From Motiliproteus sp. (lineage in GTDB: Bacteria > Pseudomonadota > Gammaproteobacteria > Pseudomonadales > Balneatricaceae): a DNA stretch of 64,000 nucleotides. The notes below the pieces were generated by a model. That model did no database searches. It saw only the letters and a list, made by a program, of their open reading frames with translations, and had not been told where the DNA came from. Within the stretch, counting starts at the first letter, position 1. The number at the start of each line of letters is the position of its first letter. The translations under genes were made by a program, and so were the position numbers. The stretch lies in contig JBALVL010000012.1 of assembly GCA_036961355.1 (NCBI GenBank), forward strand, positions 5,954 through 69,953, read 5' to 3'. Below are positions 47,312 to 56,621 of this stretch, piece by piece.

Positions 47312-49297
47312 TCATCGTGGGCAGAGGTATTCGTCATCGGGCAGCTGCAGCGCATGCTGCTTAATTTTACGGTGCATGGTTGATCTGCTGATTCCCATCG
47401 CTTTTGCGGCCCGGGTGACGACCCAGCGATGTTCGACCAGAGCTTGCAGAATAAGCTCTTTTTCCGAGGTGGCTGGTGTCGTGCCAAGGGGCAGATTGTG
47501 GGGCAGGGAGGCAACACGCGACGGCACCGGAGGGTGGTCGTCGAATATGCTGGACTGGGCTCGGAGCTCTTCGGGGAGGTCGTCGATTCCGATCTGTTCG
47601 CCGTCGCACAGGCACAGGGCTAACTGGAGTACGTTTTTCAGTTGTCGGATGTTGCCGGGCCAGTGGTAGCTCAGCAGTAGATTCTGCGCCGGTGGCGCTA
47701 AGGTGATTGACCTCTCTAGGCCCTCTTCATGACAGATCAGATCGATCAGTTTACTGAACAGAGCCAGCTTATCCTGTCGGTCGCGTAGAGCGGGCAGAGG
47801 GATGTCGACACCGCTAATGCGATAGTAGAGGTCTTCGCGGAATTTTCCCTGAGCCACATAATCTTTCAGGTTACGGTGAGTGGCACAGATAACATGCAGA
47901 TCAATCTTGACCGGTTTTACCTGGCCAAGAGGAGTGATCTCGCGTTCTGCCAGCACCCGCAGCAGTCGAGCTTGCAGTTCGAGTGGCATATCTCCGATCT
48001 CATCGAGAAACAGAGTGCCTCCTTCGCTGGCCTGAATCTTACCGGTTTTGCCGCCCTTCAGACCGCCGGTGAAGGTGCCAGAGCCGTATCCGAAGAGTTC
48101 GCTTTCGATCAATGATTCGGGAATGGCGGCGCAGTTCAGGGTGACGAAGGGTTTGTCACACCGGGCGCTGCTTTGGTGAATGGCCTGTGCCCAGACCTCT
48201 TTGCCGGTGCCCGTTTCTCCCCGCAACAGGATGCTGATATCGTGATTCAGTACGCGGTGGCAAATAAGTGCTTTTTGCTGCAGTGCTTCCTCCGAGCCCG
48301 CCACCTGTAGCAGCGGTGAATCGGCAATCTCCCGTAGGCAGGCTGTTTTGCTCTGGCTGGCGGGGGGATCAACCCTGACTGGTTGTGACTGCGGCGCTTG
48401 GTAGGTCAGGCAAAGTGGTGCCGACAGCTTGTTACCCGTTATCAGGACGGGGTTACAGCCTGCAGCCACTACGCGCTCCAGTGTTTCGCCAGTCAGCTCC
48501 TCGAGGGATTGATTGACGATCTGGGTGCGTTGTTGCAGCCCCAACAACATCAAGGCCGCGCTGGTGGCTGCGCTGATACGACCGCCACCATCAACAGCAA
48601 GCAGGCCGGTAAAGCCATTGCCAAAGGTGGGGCTAGCGGCGGATATCGCTACCAGATAAAGCTCGGCGTAGGCTCTTCTGAACAGCACCGCTTCAATCTG
48701 ATCTGCGGTCTCACATACCAGATGCAGTGCCAACCCCTGTGCCAATTTTCGGCCCTGCGCAAAAGTCGATACATCGATAGTGCCGAACGGTGTTCCGTCT
48801 GGGGCAATCAACGGTGCGGCGGAACAGCTAAAGCGTTTGAGCGACTCGCCGAAATGCTCATCGGCGTAAACGGTTAGTGCCCGTCCCGTTTCCAGGCAAG
48901 TGCCGACGCCATTGGTGCCGATTACGGACTCGGTCCAAACAGACCCATGCTGCAATCCTTTCGAAGCGAGGTCGCGAACTACGCTGGAATCGAAATGGCT
49001 CTGTACCACGATCCCATTGGCGTCGGTAACCAAGATGCAGTAGCCCGCATCTTTAGCGACCACTCGCAGGTGATCAAAGATAGGTGACGTATGAATCAGA
49101 AATTCATCGAGGGGTTCTTTGCATCTTTTCACCTCGAATTCACTGAGGCGCGGGGGGGTGGTAGATCGATTGGGGTCTAAATGGTATTGATCCTGGCAGC
49201 GCTGCCACGAACTCTGAATGGATGATTCTCGGCATGGATTACCGGCCGCAAAGGTATTAGGCGGGGGCGGTCGCGGGGTGCCGTAAGGCTTAGCCAT
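47312..49297 (-). CDS. Sigma-54-dependent transcriptional activator (AcoR-like; GAF-type sensor + AAA+ + Fis HTH)
   Basis: GETGTGKE Walker A, GAFTGA-loop equivalent ELFGYGSGTFTGG, C-terminal HTH RWVVTRAAKAMGISRSTMHRKI; 661 aa. Confidence 0.9.
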   Translation of the reverse strand: MAKPYGTPRPPPPNTFAAGNPCRESSIQSSWQRCQDQYHLDPNRSTTPPRLSEFEVKRCKEPLDEFLIHTSPIFDHLRVVAKDAGYCILVTDANGIVVQSHFDSSVVRDLASKGLQHGSVWTESVIGTNGVGTCLETGRALTVYADEHFGESLKRFSCSAAPLIAPDGTPFGTIDVSTFAQGRKLAQGLALHLVCETADQIEAVLFRRAYAELYLVAISAASPTFGNGFTGLLAVDGGGRISAATSAALMLLGLQQRTQIVNQSLEELTGETLERVVAAGCNPVLITGNKLSAPLCLTYQAPQSQPVRVDPPASQSKTACLREIADSPLLQVAGSEEALQQKALICHRVLNHDISILLRGETGTGKEVWAQAIHQSSARCDKPFVTLNCAAIPESLIESELFGYGSGTFTGGLKGGKTGKIQASEGGTLFLDEIGDMPLELQARLLRVLAEREITPLGQVKPVKIDLHVICATHRNLKDYVAQGKFREDLYYRISGVDIPLPALRDRQDKLALFSKLIDLICHEEGLERSITLAPPAQNLLLSYHWPGNIRQLKNVLQLALCLCDGEQIGIDDLPEELRAQSSIFDDHPPVPSRVASLPHNLPLGTTPATSEKELILQALVEHRWVVTRAAKAMGISRSTMHRKIKQHALQLPDDEYLCPR

Positions 49298-49413
49298 CAG
49301 ACTTTCTCCTCCCCGGACAACAAGCTGAACGGGGGTTTTGTAATTATTATAATAACCCCATTAAACAGGATAGTTCGTACACATAGCAAGCGGCGGGCGT
49401 AACGGCACTCCGG

Positions 49414-49430
49414 TGCGACACACCGTCGCA
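49414..49430. promoter_or_regulatory. Candidate enhancer (UAS) palindrome TGCGACACACCGTCGCA
   Basis: 15 of 17 positions match TGCGACACAGTGTCGCA at 51981-51997. Lies about 155 bp upstream of a sigma-54-like element at 49583. Confidence 0.45.
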
Positions 49431-49582
49431 GCGTGGTTGAGTCAGACTGTCGCAGTCTTGTGTTTTTAGGCGGACATGGCCATCCAACAGGTCACCGATC
49501 ACGGTATTTCAATTCACCCTGCCCACGTAGAAATCTGGTTTATTAGCCTCCGTTGACTTTATCCGCGACTCATTCTACGAGT

Positions 49583-49597
49583 TGGCGCAGTTCTTGA
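49583..49597 (+). promoter_or_regulatory. Weak sigma-54-type promoter candidate (TGGCGC-N5-TTGA)
   Basis: TGGCGCAGTTCTTGA, about 70 nt upstream of ATG 49666. The -24 GG is present, but the -12 element is GA rather than GC. Confidence 0.35.
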
Positions 49598-49665
49598 TAG
49601 GTGCCTTCTGTCGGTATCGACCTGGTGCCGGATACTCCAATAATAAAATCTCGGAGATTCATATT

Positions 49666-50268
49666 ATGAGAAATAAACGAGGACATATTTTAGGCTCGAC
49701 TCTGGTCGGCATAATCATGTCGCTGTTGGTGGCTTTGCCCAGTCAAGCCGGTATCCCAGGGATGCGTGGTTCTCAGCATTTAGGGTTTACCGTTCCAAAC
49801 GCCCAGCAGGCGGTAGACTTCTTTGTCGATGTGATTGGCTGCGAGGCTTTTTACACGATAGGCCCCTTCGGCCCCTTCAACGACGACTGGATGACCGACA
49901 ACCTCAATGTAAATAAAGATGCGGTGATCAAGGTTGCTCATCTGTTGCGTTGTGGTAACGGCCCGTCGCTGGAGATCTTCGAATATAGCTCGCCGGACCA
50001 GCAGACCGCACTGCCTAAAAACAGCGATATTGGTGGCCATCATCTGGGGTTCTATGTGGATGATATGACAGCCGCCGTGAAGTACCTCGAAGACAACGGT
50101 GTCAAGGTACTGGCCAAGCCGCATACCTTTACCGATACCGGCATGGAGGGACTGACTTGGGTCTATTTCATGGCACCTTGGGGGATGCAATTGGAGATCG
50201 TGAGCTACCCCTATGGCCAGGGATATGAGCGTACAACCGGTCGGCGCATGTGGGATCCCCGCTACTGA
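49666..50268 (+). CDS. Secreted VOC-family (glyoxalase/bleomycin-resistance/dioxygenase fold) protein
   Basis: Start at MRNKRGHILGSTLVGIIMSLLVALPSQA (signal peptide, GGAGA RBS). VOC motifs HLGFTVP...GHHLGFYVDD...QLEIV. Confidence 0.8.
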   Translation: MRNKRGHILGSTLVGIIMSLLVALPSQAGIPGMRGSQHLGFTVPNAQQAVDFFVDVIGCEAFYTIGPFGPFNDDWMTDNLNVNKDAVIKVAHLLRCGNGPSLEIFEYSSPDQQTALPKNSDIGGHHLGFYVDDMTAAVKYLEDNGVKVLAKPHTFTDTGMEGLTWVYFMAPWGMQLEIVSYPYGQGYERTTGRRMWDPRY

Positions 50269-50336
50269 TCTGCACAATCACCATCGATACGTGATGGGAC
50301 TCCCCCCATCACGTTACTTAGCGGGGAGTCGATCTT

Positions 50337-51629
50337 ATGTTGGCACACAGTTTATCTGGGACCGGTTCGTTAACGGATAACAAACTACTGAACGTCGTCT
50401 TTAGCCTCCTTATATGGGCAGCGGCGACCCAAGCCCAAGCCCACTTCACCCATTTTGAACCGCGTATTATTCATGTGTCGCCGCAGCAAGGCGGTGTGCA
50501 GCTATTACTGCGGATGCCGTTACCGCTGCTATTGTTGGATGAAGACTGGCAGGGCGGCGACAGCGGTCAGGCTATCCCGTTTACACAGCGGGAGCGGGTA
50601 GGTGATCAATGGGTCTACCGGATTGATCCCGCCGACTTCGAACACCGCTTTGCAGAATTTGAACAACGGGTGTTGGCGGGATATACCCTGCATCGAGAAG
50701 GACAGCGACTCGAGGGCCTATCGTTGACCCATGTGCATATCTTCAACAGCGACCAACGCAAACCGTTTAGTACATTGGCCACAGCCGAGGCAGCCTTTGG
50801 TGTCGATAAGGTGCAGGTAGATGCTGGCGTGATCGAGCTGTTCGACAGCGGTATCGACCTGCGGTTATTTATCCCGGCTATCTCACTGGCGGGTTCATTT
50901 ACCATCGATAGTGATCTGGGCATCCGCCTGAACGCGATCGAGCGGCTAGCTAATATCCTCCAGGTGCATGATGGTCGCGGAGATTCTACGACCTTTAGTT
51001 CTATCGGTACGTTGCATACCACCTTTGCTGCGCAAGGGCATTCGATGGCATTCATCGGCCAGCTTAAAAGTGGCGTCATCCATATTCTGGCGGGGCTCGA
51101 TCATGTGCTGTTTGTGCTATTGATCGCTCTGGCTTCGGCCAATTGGTTGCAGACGCTGCAACGGGCGACTGCGTTTACCCTCGGGCACTCCGTGACTCTA
51201 GCGTTAGGGATGATCGGTTACGTCCCGGTAGGAAACTGGTTTATCCCCCTGATCGAAACCCTGATTGCGCTTACTATTCTCTACGGAGGGATCATGTTGG
51301 CTTACAAGCAGCAGCACCGTTTTGGCCTGTTGACGATGCTGTTTGTGGGGCTGATTCACGGATTCGGATTTTCCATTGTATTAAGCGAACTGGTATCTCA
51401 AACGGGAGGGTTAAACGTACTTAGCCTGATTGCGTTCAACCTCGGTATCGAGTTCGGCCAATTGGCAATCTATGCTGCCGTTGTGCTGTTGCTTTTGGCT
51501 TACCATCGCATGGCCTTCTTGCGGCATTTGGACTTGCCGGTATTCGTTTCGGCGGGTGCGGTACTGGTTTCCGCAAGCTGGATCTACGAGCGCGGCGGCC
51601 TGCTGTTGAGTGAGCTGCAATCCCTGTAG
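50337..51629 (+). CDS. HupE/UreJ-family membrane protein with a ~230-aa N-terminal periplasmic extension
   Basis: Signal peptide, then a soluble region, then a C-terminal polytopic part with HILAGLDHVLFVLLIAL (HupE/UreJ GxDH motif) and GHS...GLIHGFGF. Confidence 0.65.
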   Translation: MLAHSLSGTGSLTDNKLLNVVFSLLIWAAATQAQAHFTHFEPRIIHVSPQQGGVQLLLRMPLPLLLLDEDWQGGDSGQAIPFTQRERVGDQWVYRIDPADFEHRFAEFEQRVLAGYTLHREGQRLEGLSLTHVHIFNSDQRKPFSTLATAEAAFGVDKVQVDAGVIELFDSGIDLRLFIPAISLAGSFTIDSDLGIRLNAIERLANILQVHDGRGDSTTFSSIGTLHTTFAAQGHSMAFIGQLKSGVIHILAGLDHVLFVLLIALASANWLQTLQRATAFTLGHSVTLALGMIGYVPVGNWFIPLIETLIALTILYGGIMLAYKQQHRFGLLTMLFVGLIHGFGFSIVLSELVSQTGGLNVLSLIAFNLGIEFGQLAIYAAVVLLLLAYHRMAFLRHLDLPVFVSAGAVLVSASWIYERGGLLLSELQSL

Positions 51630-51980
51630 CCCTGCGCCCACTGACAATAACACCCACAGCCCTCGCGGTAATATCGAATTCAGCCCCGCGGTAATGCCGA
51701 ATAAGGGGGCTGTGGTGCTGTTTTCTAGCTTCCACTTCTGCCCAACCCTCGTCGGTCAATGCTTGCTGTTATGTCGGTGCAAGCCGCGCGTGTTAGTGCC
51801 TGACACACCGCTTAACGTTTACCCCCTCTGTCTGTGCTCGCCTAAGTTGTTGGGCCTTTATTGCCGCTTGCCCAATGGCCTTCTTTTTTATGACGGATGC
51901 CACAGGAGGCAACGCTCAGTCCGCCCTTTTATCGCGTTGAGGGTGCGACTGTCTCGCCGCGACACTCTGTTTCAGCGGGC

Positions 51981-51997
51981 TGCGACACAGTGTCGCA
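51981..51997. promoter_or_regulatory. Candidate enhancer (UAS) palindrome TGCGACACAGTGTCGCA
   Basis: Perfect GCGACAC-A-GTGTCGC palindrome about 65 bp upstream of the sigma-54 -24 element. Related half-sites GCGACTGTCTCGC and GCGACAC lie at 51944-51965. Confidence 0.5.
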
Positions 51998-52058
51998 TGA
52001 GCTATTGATCTGTCGATTAAATATATACAAACTCTTTAATATCAATTATTTGGGTTGT

Positions 52059-52074
52059 TGGCACGGGGGTTGCT
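52059..52074 (+). promoter_or_regulatory. Sigma-54 promoter (TGGCAC-N5-TTGCT)
   Basis: TTGGCACGGGGGTTGCT matches the -24/-12 consensus, 77 nt upstream of the E1-alpha ATG. A sigma-54 activator is encoded nearby. Confidence 0.7.
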
Positions 52075-52150
52075 ATATCCAATTAGAAGTTGGTGATTAC
52101 GCCCTTGGATTGGACAGGTATCTATAAATAAAATAAGAGGATTAGTTTTC

Positions 52151-53137
52151 ATGAAACCCAGCAAAGAGCAAAAAGTGTGGATGTACGAGCATATGCTTGT
52201 CAGTCGTTATTACGAAGAGGCCATCGAAAAGATCTACATGGAGGGTAAATCGCCCGCCTTCAATATGGCAGACGGTCCGATACCGGGAGAGATGCATCTC
52301 TCCAATGGGCAGGAGCCGTGTGCGGTCGGCGTCTGCGCCCACCTGACGGCGGAGGATATCGTGACCTCAACCCACCGTCCTCACCATGTAGCCATCGCCA
52401 AGGGAGTGGACCTCGACAAGATGACCGCCGAGATCTTTGGCAAGCAGACTGGCCTTAGTGGGGGCCGCGGCGGCCATATGCATATCTTCGATGCCAATGT
52501 GAACTTCTCCTGCTCCGGCATTATCGCGCAGGGGTTGGGGCCAGCGGCCGGTGCGGCCTTGTCGCGGCAGCTGCAGAACAAGCCCGGCGTGGCTGTAGCT
52601 TTCCTAGGTGAAGGGGCTGCCAACCAGGGGGCATTTCACGAAGCGCTCAATCTCGCCTCGGTGTGGAAGTTGCCAGTGGTGTTCGTGATCGAGGACAACG
52701 GCTGGGGTATTTCTGTCTCCAAGAAGGACTCCACTGCAATCGAGAGCAATGCGCGGCGAGCGGCAGCCTACGGCATGCCCGGACACCGCGTGGCCAACAA
52801 CGACCCCATCGCTGTCTTTGCGGCAGCCGGTGAGGCGATTGCTCGTGCCCGTGCTGGTGACGGCCCGTCCCTGTTGGAGATCGAAACCTCCCGTCTGGCA
52901 GGACACTTTATGGGTGACGCTGAGGGTTACCGACCCGAGGGCGAAAAAGATGCTCTGTTCGCCAAGGATCCGATCCCCGCGATGCGCGAATTACTGGCGG
53001 CTGAAGAGGGCTGGAGCGAAGACGATGACGCGAAGATGACCGCCAAGGCGCATCAGCGGGTAGATAAGGCTATCCAGTTTGCCCGCGATAGCGCGTACCC
53101 AGAGCCTGCTGAAGCGCTCGAAAAGGTGTTCGTCTGA
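52151..53137 (+). CDS. acoA: TPP-dependent dehydrogenase E1 alpha subunit (acetoin/2-oxoacid dehydrogenase type)
   Basis: GEGAANQGAFHEALNLASVWKLPVVFVIEDNGWGIS TPP-binding motif; 328 aa. Confidence 0.88.
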   Translation: MKPSKEQKVWMYEHMLVSRYYEEAIEKIYMEGKSPAFNMADGPIPGEMHLSNGQEPCAVGVCAHLTAEDIVTSTHRPHHVAIAKGVDLDKMTAEIFGKQTGLSGGRGGHMHIFDANVNFSCSGIIAQGLGPAAGAALSRQLQNKPGVAVAFLGEGAANQGAFHEALNLASVWKLPVVFVIEDNGWGISVSKKDSTAIESNARRAAAYGMPGHRVANNDPIAVFAAAGEAIARARAGDGPSLLEIETSRLAGHFMGDAEGYRPEGEKDALFAKDPIPAMRELLAAEEGWSEDDDAKMTAKAHQRVDKAIQFARDSAYPEPAEALEKVFV

Positions 53138-53196
53138 GACGATAACAATCGATTCCTTATTTCGTTTCCTGTGTCGGGATCAATGGAGAATTAACA

Positions 53197-54216
53197 ATGA
53201 GTGACGTAAAACAAAAAGAACGCAAGCTGACGATTGCCCGCGCTATGGCCGAGGCTGTGTCGCAAGAGATGCGCATCGATGAGCGGGTCTTCGTGATGGG
53301 AGAGGATATCGGTCCTTTGGGCGGCGTATTTGGTAATACTCGCGGCCTGTTCGAAGAGTTTGGTGCCAGTCGTGTGCGTGATACGCCGATTTCGGAAACC
53401 GCCTTTATTGGTGCTGCCGTAGGTGCGGCGGCTGATGGTATGCGGCCGGTCGTTGAATTGATGTTCGTGGATTTCTTTGGCGTCTGCATGGACGCAATCT
53501 ATAACCTGGCGGCCAAAAACAGCTACTTCTCTGGCGGGCATATCCCAGCACCGATGGTACTGATGACCTCCACTGGCGGCGGCTACAGCGATGCCGGGCA
53601 ACACTCCCAGTGTCTGCACGGCACCTTTGCCCATTTGCCGGGAATGAAGGTGGTCGCCCCCTCCAATGCTTACGATGCCAAGGGGCTGATGATCGCCGCC
53701 ATACGGGATCAAAACCCAGTCATCTTTATGTTCCATAAGGCGCTGCAAGGTATGGGTTGGCTCGGTACTGAACAGGGTGCCATCAACCATGTGCCCGAAG
53801 AGAGTTACTGCGTTGAAATCGGCAAGGCCAAGGTGGTTCGTGAGGGTTCCGATGTCACTATCGTCGGCATCACCTCCGGTGTTCATCACGGCCTCAAGGC
53901 CGCCGATCAACTTGCCGAGCAGGGCGTCAGCGCCGAAGTGCTGGATCTTCGCTCGCTGGTGCCGCTGGACCGTGAAAGCGTGCTGCGTTCGGTAGAAAAA
54001 ACCGGTCGCCTGATCGTGGTCGATGAAGATTATCAAAGCTATGGCATGAGCGGCGAGATCATCGCCACGGTTGCTGAGAGTGGCCTACCGCTGCATGCCG
54101 CACCTCAGCGTGTGGCCTATCCGGATATCCCGATTCCATTCTCTCGCCCGATGGAGCAATGGGCGCTGCCCAACGCTGCCAAAATTGTTCAAGCCTATCA
54201 ACAGATGAAGGGGTAG
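53197..54216 (+). CDS. acoB: Dehydrogenase E1 beta subunit
   Basis: VFVMGEDIG...RVRDTPISETAFIGAAVGAA...; 339 aa, directly after the E1 alpha gene. Confidence 0.9.
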   Translation: MSDVKQKERKLTIARAMAEAVSQEMRIDERVFVMGEDIGPLGGVFGNTRGLFEEFGASRVRDTPISETAFIGAAVGAAADGMRPVVELMFVDFFGVCMDAIYNLAAKNSYFSGGHIPAPMVLMTSTGGGYSDAGQHSQCLHGTFAHLPGMKVVAPSNAYDAKGLMIAAIRDQNPVIFMFHKALQGMGWLGTEQGAINHVPEESYCVEIGKAKVVREGSDVTIVGITSGVHHGLKAADQLAEQGVSAEVLDLRSLVPLDRESVLRSVEKTGRLIVVDEDYQSYGMSGEIIATVAESGLPLHAAPQRVAYPDIPIPFSRPMEQWALPNAAKIVQAYQQMKG

Positions 54217-54219
54217 CAG

Positions 54220-54453
54220 ATGAGTACCGATATTGTGATTGCACTGGATCTTTGGGAAGAGGATGAGGACGCGGTGATCACCACCTGGTTGGCCAGCGAT
54301 GGGGGCTTGGTCGAAGAGGGGGATGCGGTGGCAGAGGTGATGGTGCAGAAAGCGCAGCACGAAATACTCGCCTCTGCCTCGGGTACCTTGGCAATCGTCA
54401 AAGATGCCGATGAAACGGTCAGCAAAGGTGACCTTATTGGGCGCATCAGCTAA
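54220..54453 (+). CDS. Stand-alone lipoyl-attachment (biotin/lipoyl-type) domain protein
   Basis: 77 aa. VAEVMVQKAQHEILASASGTL gives a lipoyl-lysine context. Starts 4 nt after the E1 beta stop. Confidence 0.7.
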   Translation: MSTDIVIALDLWEEDEDAVITTWLASDGGLVEEGDAVAEVMVQKAQHEILASASGTLAIVKDADETVSKGDLIGRIS

Positions 54454-54474
54454 CCCCCAGCAGCGGAGTACTTT

Positions 54475-55158
54475 ATGAACATGATTGAAACACAGGATCA
54501 GGCTATTCCCCTGAAGGGGATGCGGGGCATGATCGCCGACAACATGCGTCGGAGTTTGGATGAGGCGGCGCAGCTCAGCCTCCATGCCGACTGCGACGTG
54601 ACCGCGTTGTTGGACCACAAGGGCCAGTTAGCCGCGCAGGAGATCAATGTCTCGGTGGAGGACCTGTTGTGCGAATACATCGTCAAGGCGCTGCAACGGC
54701 ATCCGGCGCTGAACGGCCGAGTCGAGGATAGGAATGTGCACCTCAGTCAGTCGATCCACCTCAGCGTAGCGATCGCTCTACCCGGCAATCTGCTGGTTGC
54801 TCCCACCATATTTAACGCGGACGAGTGCACATTATTGGAGCGTTCCGAGGCGCGTAAGGAGCTGATTAAGCGCGCCAAGGTAGGCAAGTTGAGTGTGGCC
54901 GAAATGACCAAAGGGACCTTTACGGTCAGCAACCTAGGCTTGTCCCGGGTGCGTTATTTCACCCCGATTATCAATATCCCCCAGATTGCGATTATCGGCA
55001 TCGGTCAGACCGTTAAGCGCCCCTGTGTCATGGCGGATGACAGTGTCGTAGTGCGGTCAATGATGGGGCTGTCGCTGACCTTCGACCACCGTGCGGTAGA
55101 TGGCGGACCAGCGGCGGATTTCCTGAGTACGCTGTGCGAGTTGATCGAGCAGGTATAG
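54475..55158 (+). CDS. 2-oxoacid dehydrogenase E2 acyltransferase, catalytic domain only
   Basis: 227 aa beginning directly with the catalytic domain. Active-site LSLTFDHRAVDGGPAADFL. No lipoyl or subunit-binding domain. Confidence 0.85.
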   Translation: MNMIETQDQAIPLKGMRGMIADNMRRSLDEAAQLSLHADCDVTALLDHKGQLAAQEINVSVEDLLCEYIVKALQRHPALNGRVEDRNVHLSQSIHLSVAIALPGNLLVAPTIFNADECTLLERSEARKELIKRAKVGKLSVAEMTKGTFTVSNLGLSRVRYFTPIINIPQIAIIGIGQTVKRPCVMADDSVVVRSMMGLSLTFDHRAVDGGPAADFLSTLCELIEQV

Positions 55159-55161
55159 GCG

Positions 55162-55932
55162 ATGAACTCCCTGATTAGAATCGACACAACGCAGTCATCT
55201 GTTGCCATTCAGGAGCCGGTGCTGTTGTCGCCACAAGAGGGTTTGCAGCAGGAACTAGAGCTGCTCGACCTAGTGGCGAATAACTGTCTCGAATATGGCT
55301 TTCGAATCTGGCGGTGTCGGCGTGCGATGGTGGTTCCCACATCCGTCAGTCGTAATCTCGGGTTCGAACTGGCATCGCGTGTATTGGCGGAAAAGGGCTG
55401 GCCTGTAATCATCCGTAAAACCGGTGGCGATTTGGTGCCTCAGTCTCCCGGGTTGCTCAATGTTTCCCTTGTGTTCCGGCAGCGCCGGCGCAAAGGCAGC
55501 ATTGACGCAAGCTATCAGGCGCTTTGCCGTCCCTTAATCGCCGCCTTTAAATCATTGGGCATCGATGCTTATTGCGCCTCTGTGCCAGGGGCCTTTTGTG
55601 ATGGTGATTACAACCTGGTTGTCGACGGTCAAAAACTGGCGGGAACGGCGCAACGCTGGCGTCGGATCACAGCGAGTGATGATGGCGACGGTGACTTTGC
55701 GGTGCTGGTGCATGCGGTAATCCTGTGCCGCGATGAGTTGCCCGAATTATGGGGTATCACTAATGACTTCTATCGTCATTGCAGTATTGATCGATATATC
55801 GAATACACCAAGCACGTTTCGGTTTCAGAGTTGTTGTCAGAACCTAAAGCTATTTCAGATCAGACGCTGATGTCTCATCTATCTAAAGTAATTTCCGAGA
55901 AAATAAAATTGCATTTTGATGTGTTGGAGTAA
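55162..55932 (+). CDS. Lipoate-protein ligase (LplA/BPL-LPL catalytic domain) family protein
   Basis: RKTGGDLVPQSPG and GQKLAGTAQRW resemble LplA/LipB-family catalytic motifs. Starts 4 nt after the E2 stop. Confidence 0.7.
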   Translation: MNSLIRIDTTQSSVAIQEPVLLSPQEGLQQELELLDLVANNCLEYGFRIWRCRRAMVVPTSVSRNLGFELASRVLAEKGWPVIIRKTGGDLVPQSPGLLNVSLVFRQRRRKGSIDASYQALCRPLIAAFKSLGIDAYCASVPGAFCDGDYNLVVDGQKLAGTAQRWRRITASDDGDGDFAVLVHAVILCRDELPELWGITNDFYRHCSIDRYIEYTKHVSVSELLSEPKAISDQTLMSHLSKVISEKIKLHFDVLE

Positions 55933-56016
55933 TCCAGTAATTGAGGATTATAACCCCGTGAAAATTTTTTAAATGACGTTGGTCCTGCACTAATAAGAAA
56001 ATATTGAGAGGCTGTT

Positions 56017-56598
56017 ATGAATAAAAATAAATATCAAAACAAAATTCAAAATATTGAACCCACTGAGGTCGATTCACCCTCATTTAGTCGAAGAAACTTC
56101 TTAACCAAAGGCTCCATGGTTTTAGCGGGAGCGGGTGTGTTCACACTGGGTGTGGGTGGTGCGCTCGTTTCCCCATCGGCCTGGGCCGCCAGTGCCGTTG
56201 GCGACCATGCCAGCGAGACGCTGCTGGCCATGGCGCGTGATATTTACCCGCACGATACGCTGGAGGATAAATATTATACCCAGGTGTTGTTACCTATGGG
56301 TGAAAGTGCCGCCACAGATAAAGACCTGGCGACCCTGCTTAAGGAAGGGACCAGCGAGTTGGATAGACGCACCAATGCCCGATTCGGCAAGGGTTATCTC
56401 AAGGTAGAGCAAGAAACTGACCGTGTCGAAATTCTTCGCGAGATGGAGTCTTCGGCTTTTTTTCAGAAAATTAAAGGCGCTTTGATGATGGGTATTTATA
56501 ACAACCCCGAACTTTGGCCAAGGTTTGGGTTTGGTGGTTCGTCGTGGGAACAAGGCGGATACATTGACCGCGGCTTCGATAAGAACGACTGGATCTGA
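56017..56598 (+). CDS. Gluconate 2-dehydrogenase subunit-3-family small subunit (Tat-exported)
   Basis: Twin-arginine signal SRRNFLTKGSMVLAGAGVF...AWA; 193 aa. Precedes the GMC flavoprotein. Confidence 0.8.
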   Translation: MNKNKYQNKIQNIEPTEVDSPSFSRRNFLTKGSMVLAGAGVFTLGVGGALVSPSAWAASAVGDHASETLLAMARDIYPHDTLEDKYYTQVLLPMGESAATDKDLATLLKEGTSELDRRTNARFGKGYLKVEQETDRVEILREMESSAFFQKIKGALMMGIYNNPELWPRFGFGGSSWEQGGYIDRGFDKNDWI

Positions 56599-56621
56599 TA
56601 ATAATAAGAGAGGAAGTAACA

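Noticed and set aside
53191-54036. 281-aa minus-strand ORF.
   Set aside because: It lies entirely antisense to the well-supported E1 beta gene. The sequence is His/Gly/Asp-rich and low-complexity with no motif, a typical shadow ORF of GC-rich coding DNA.
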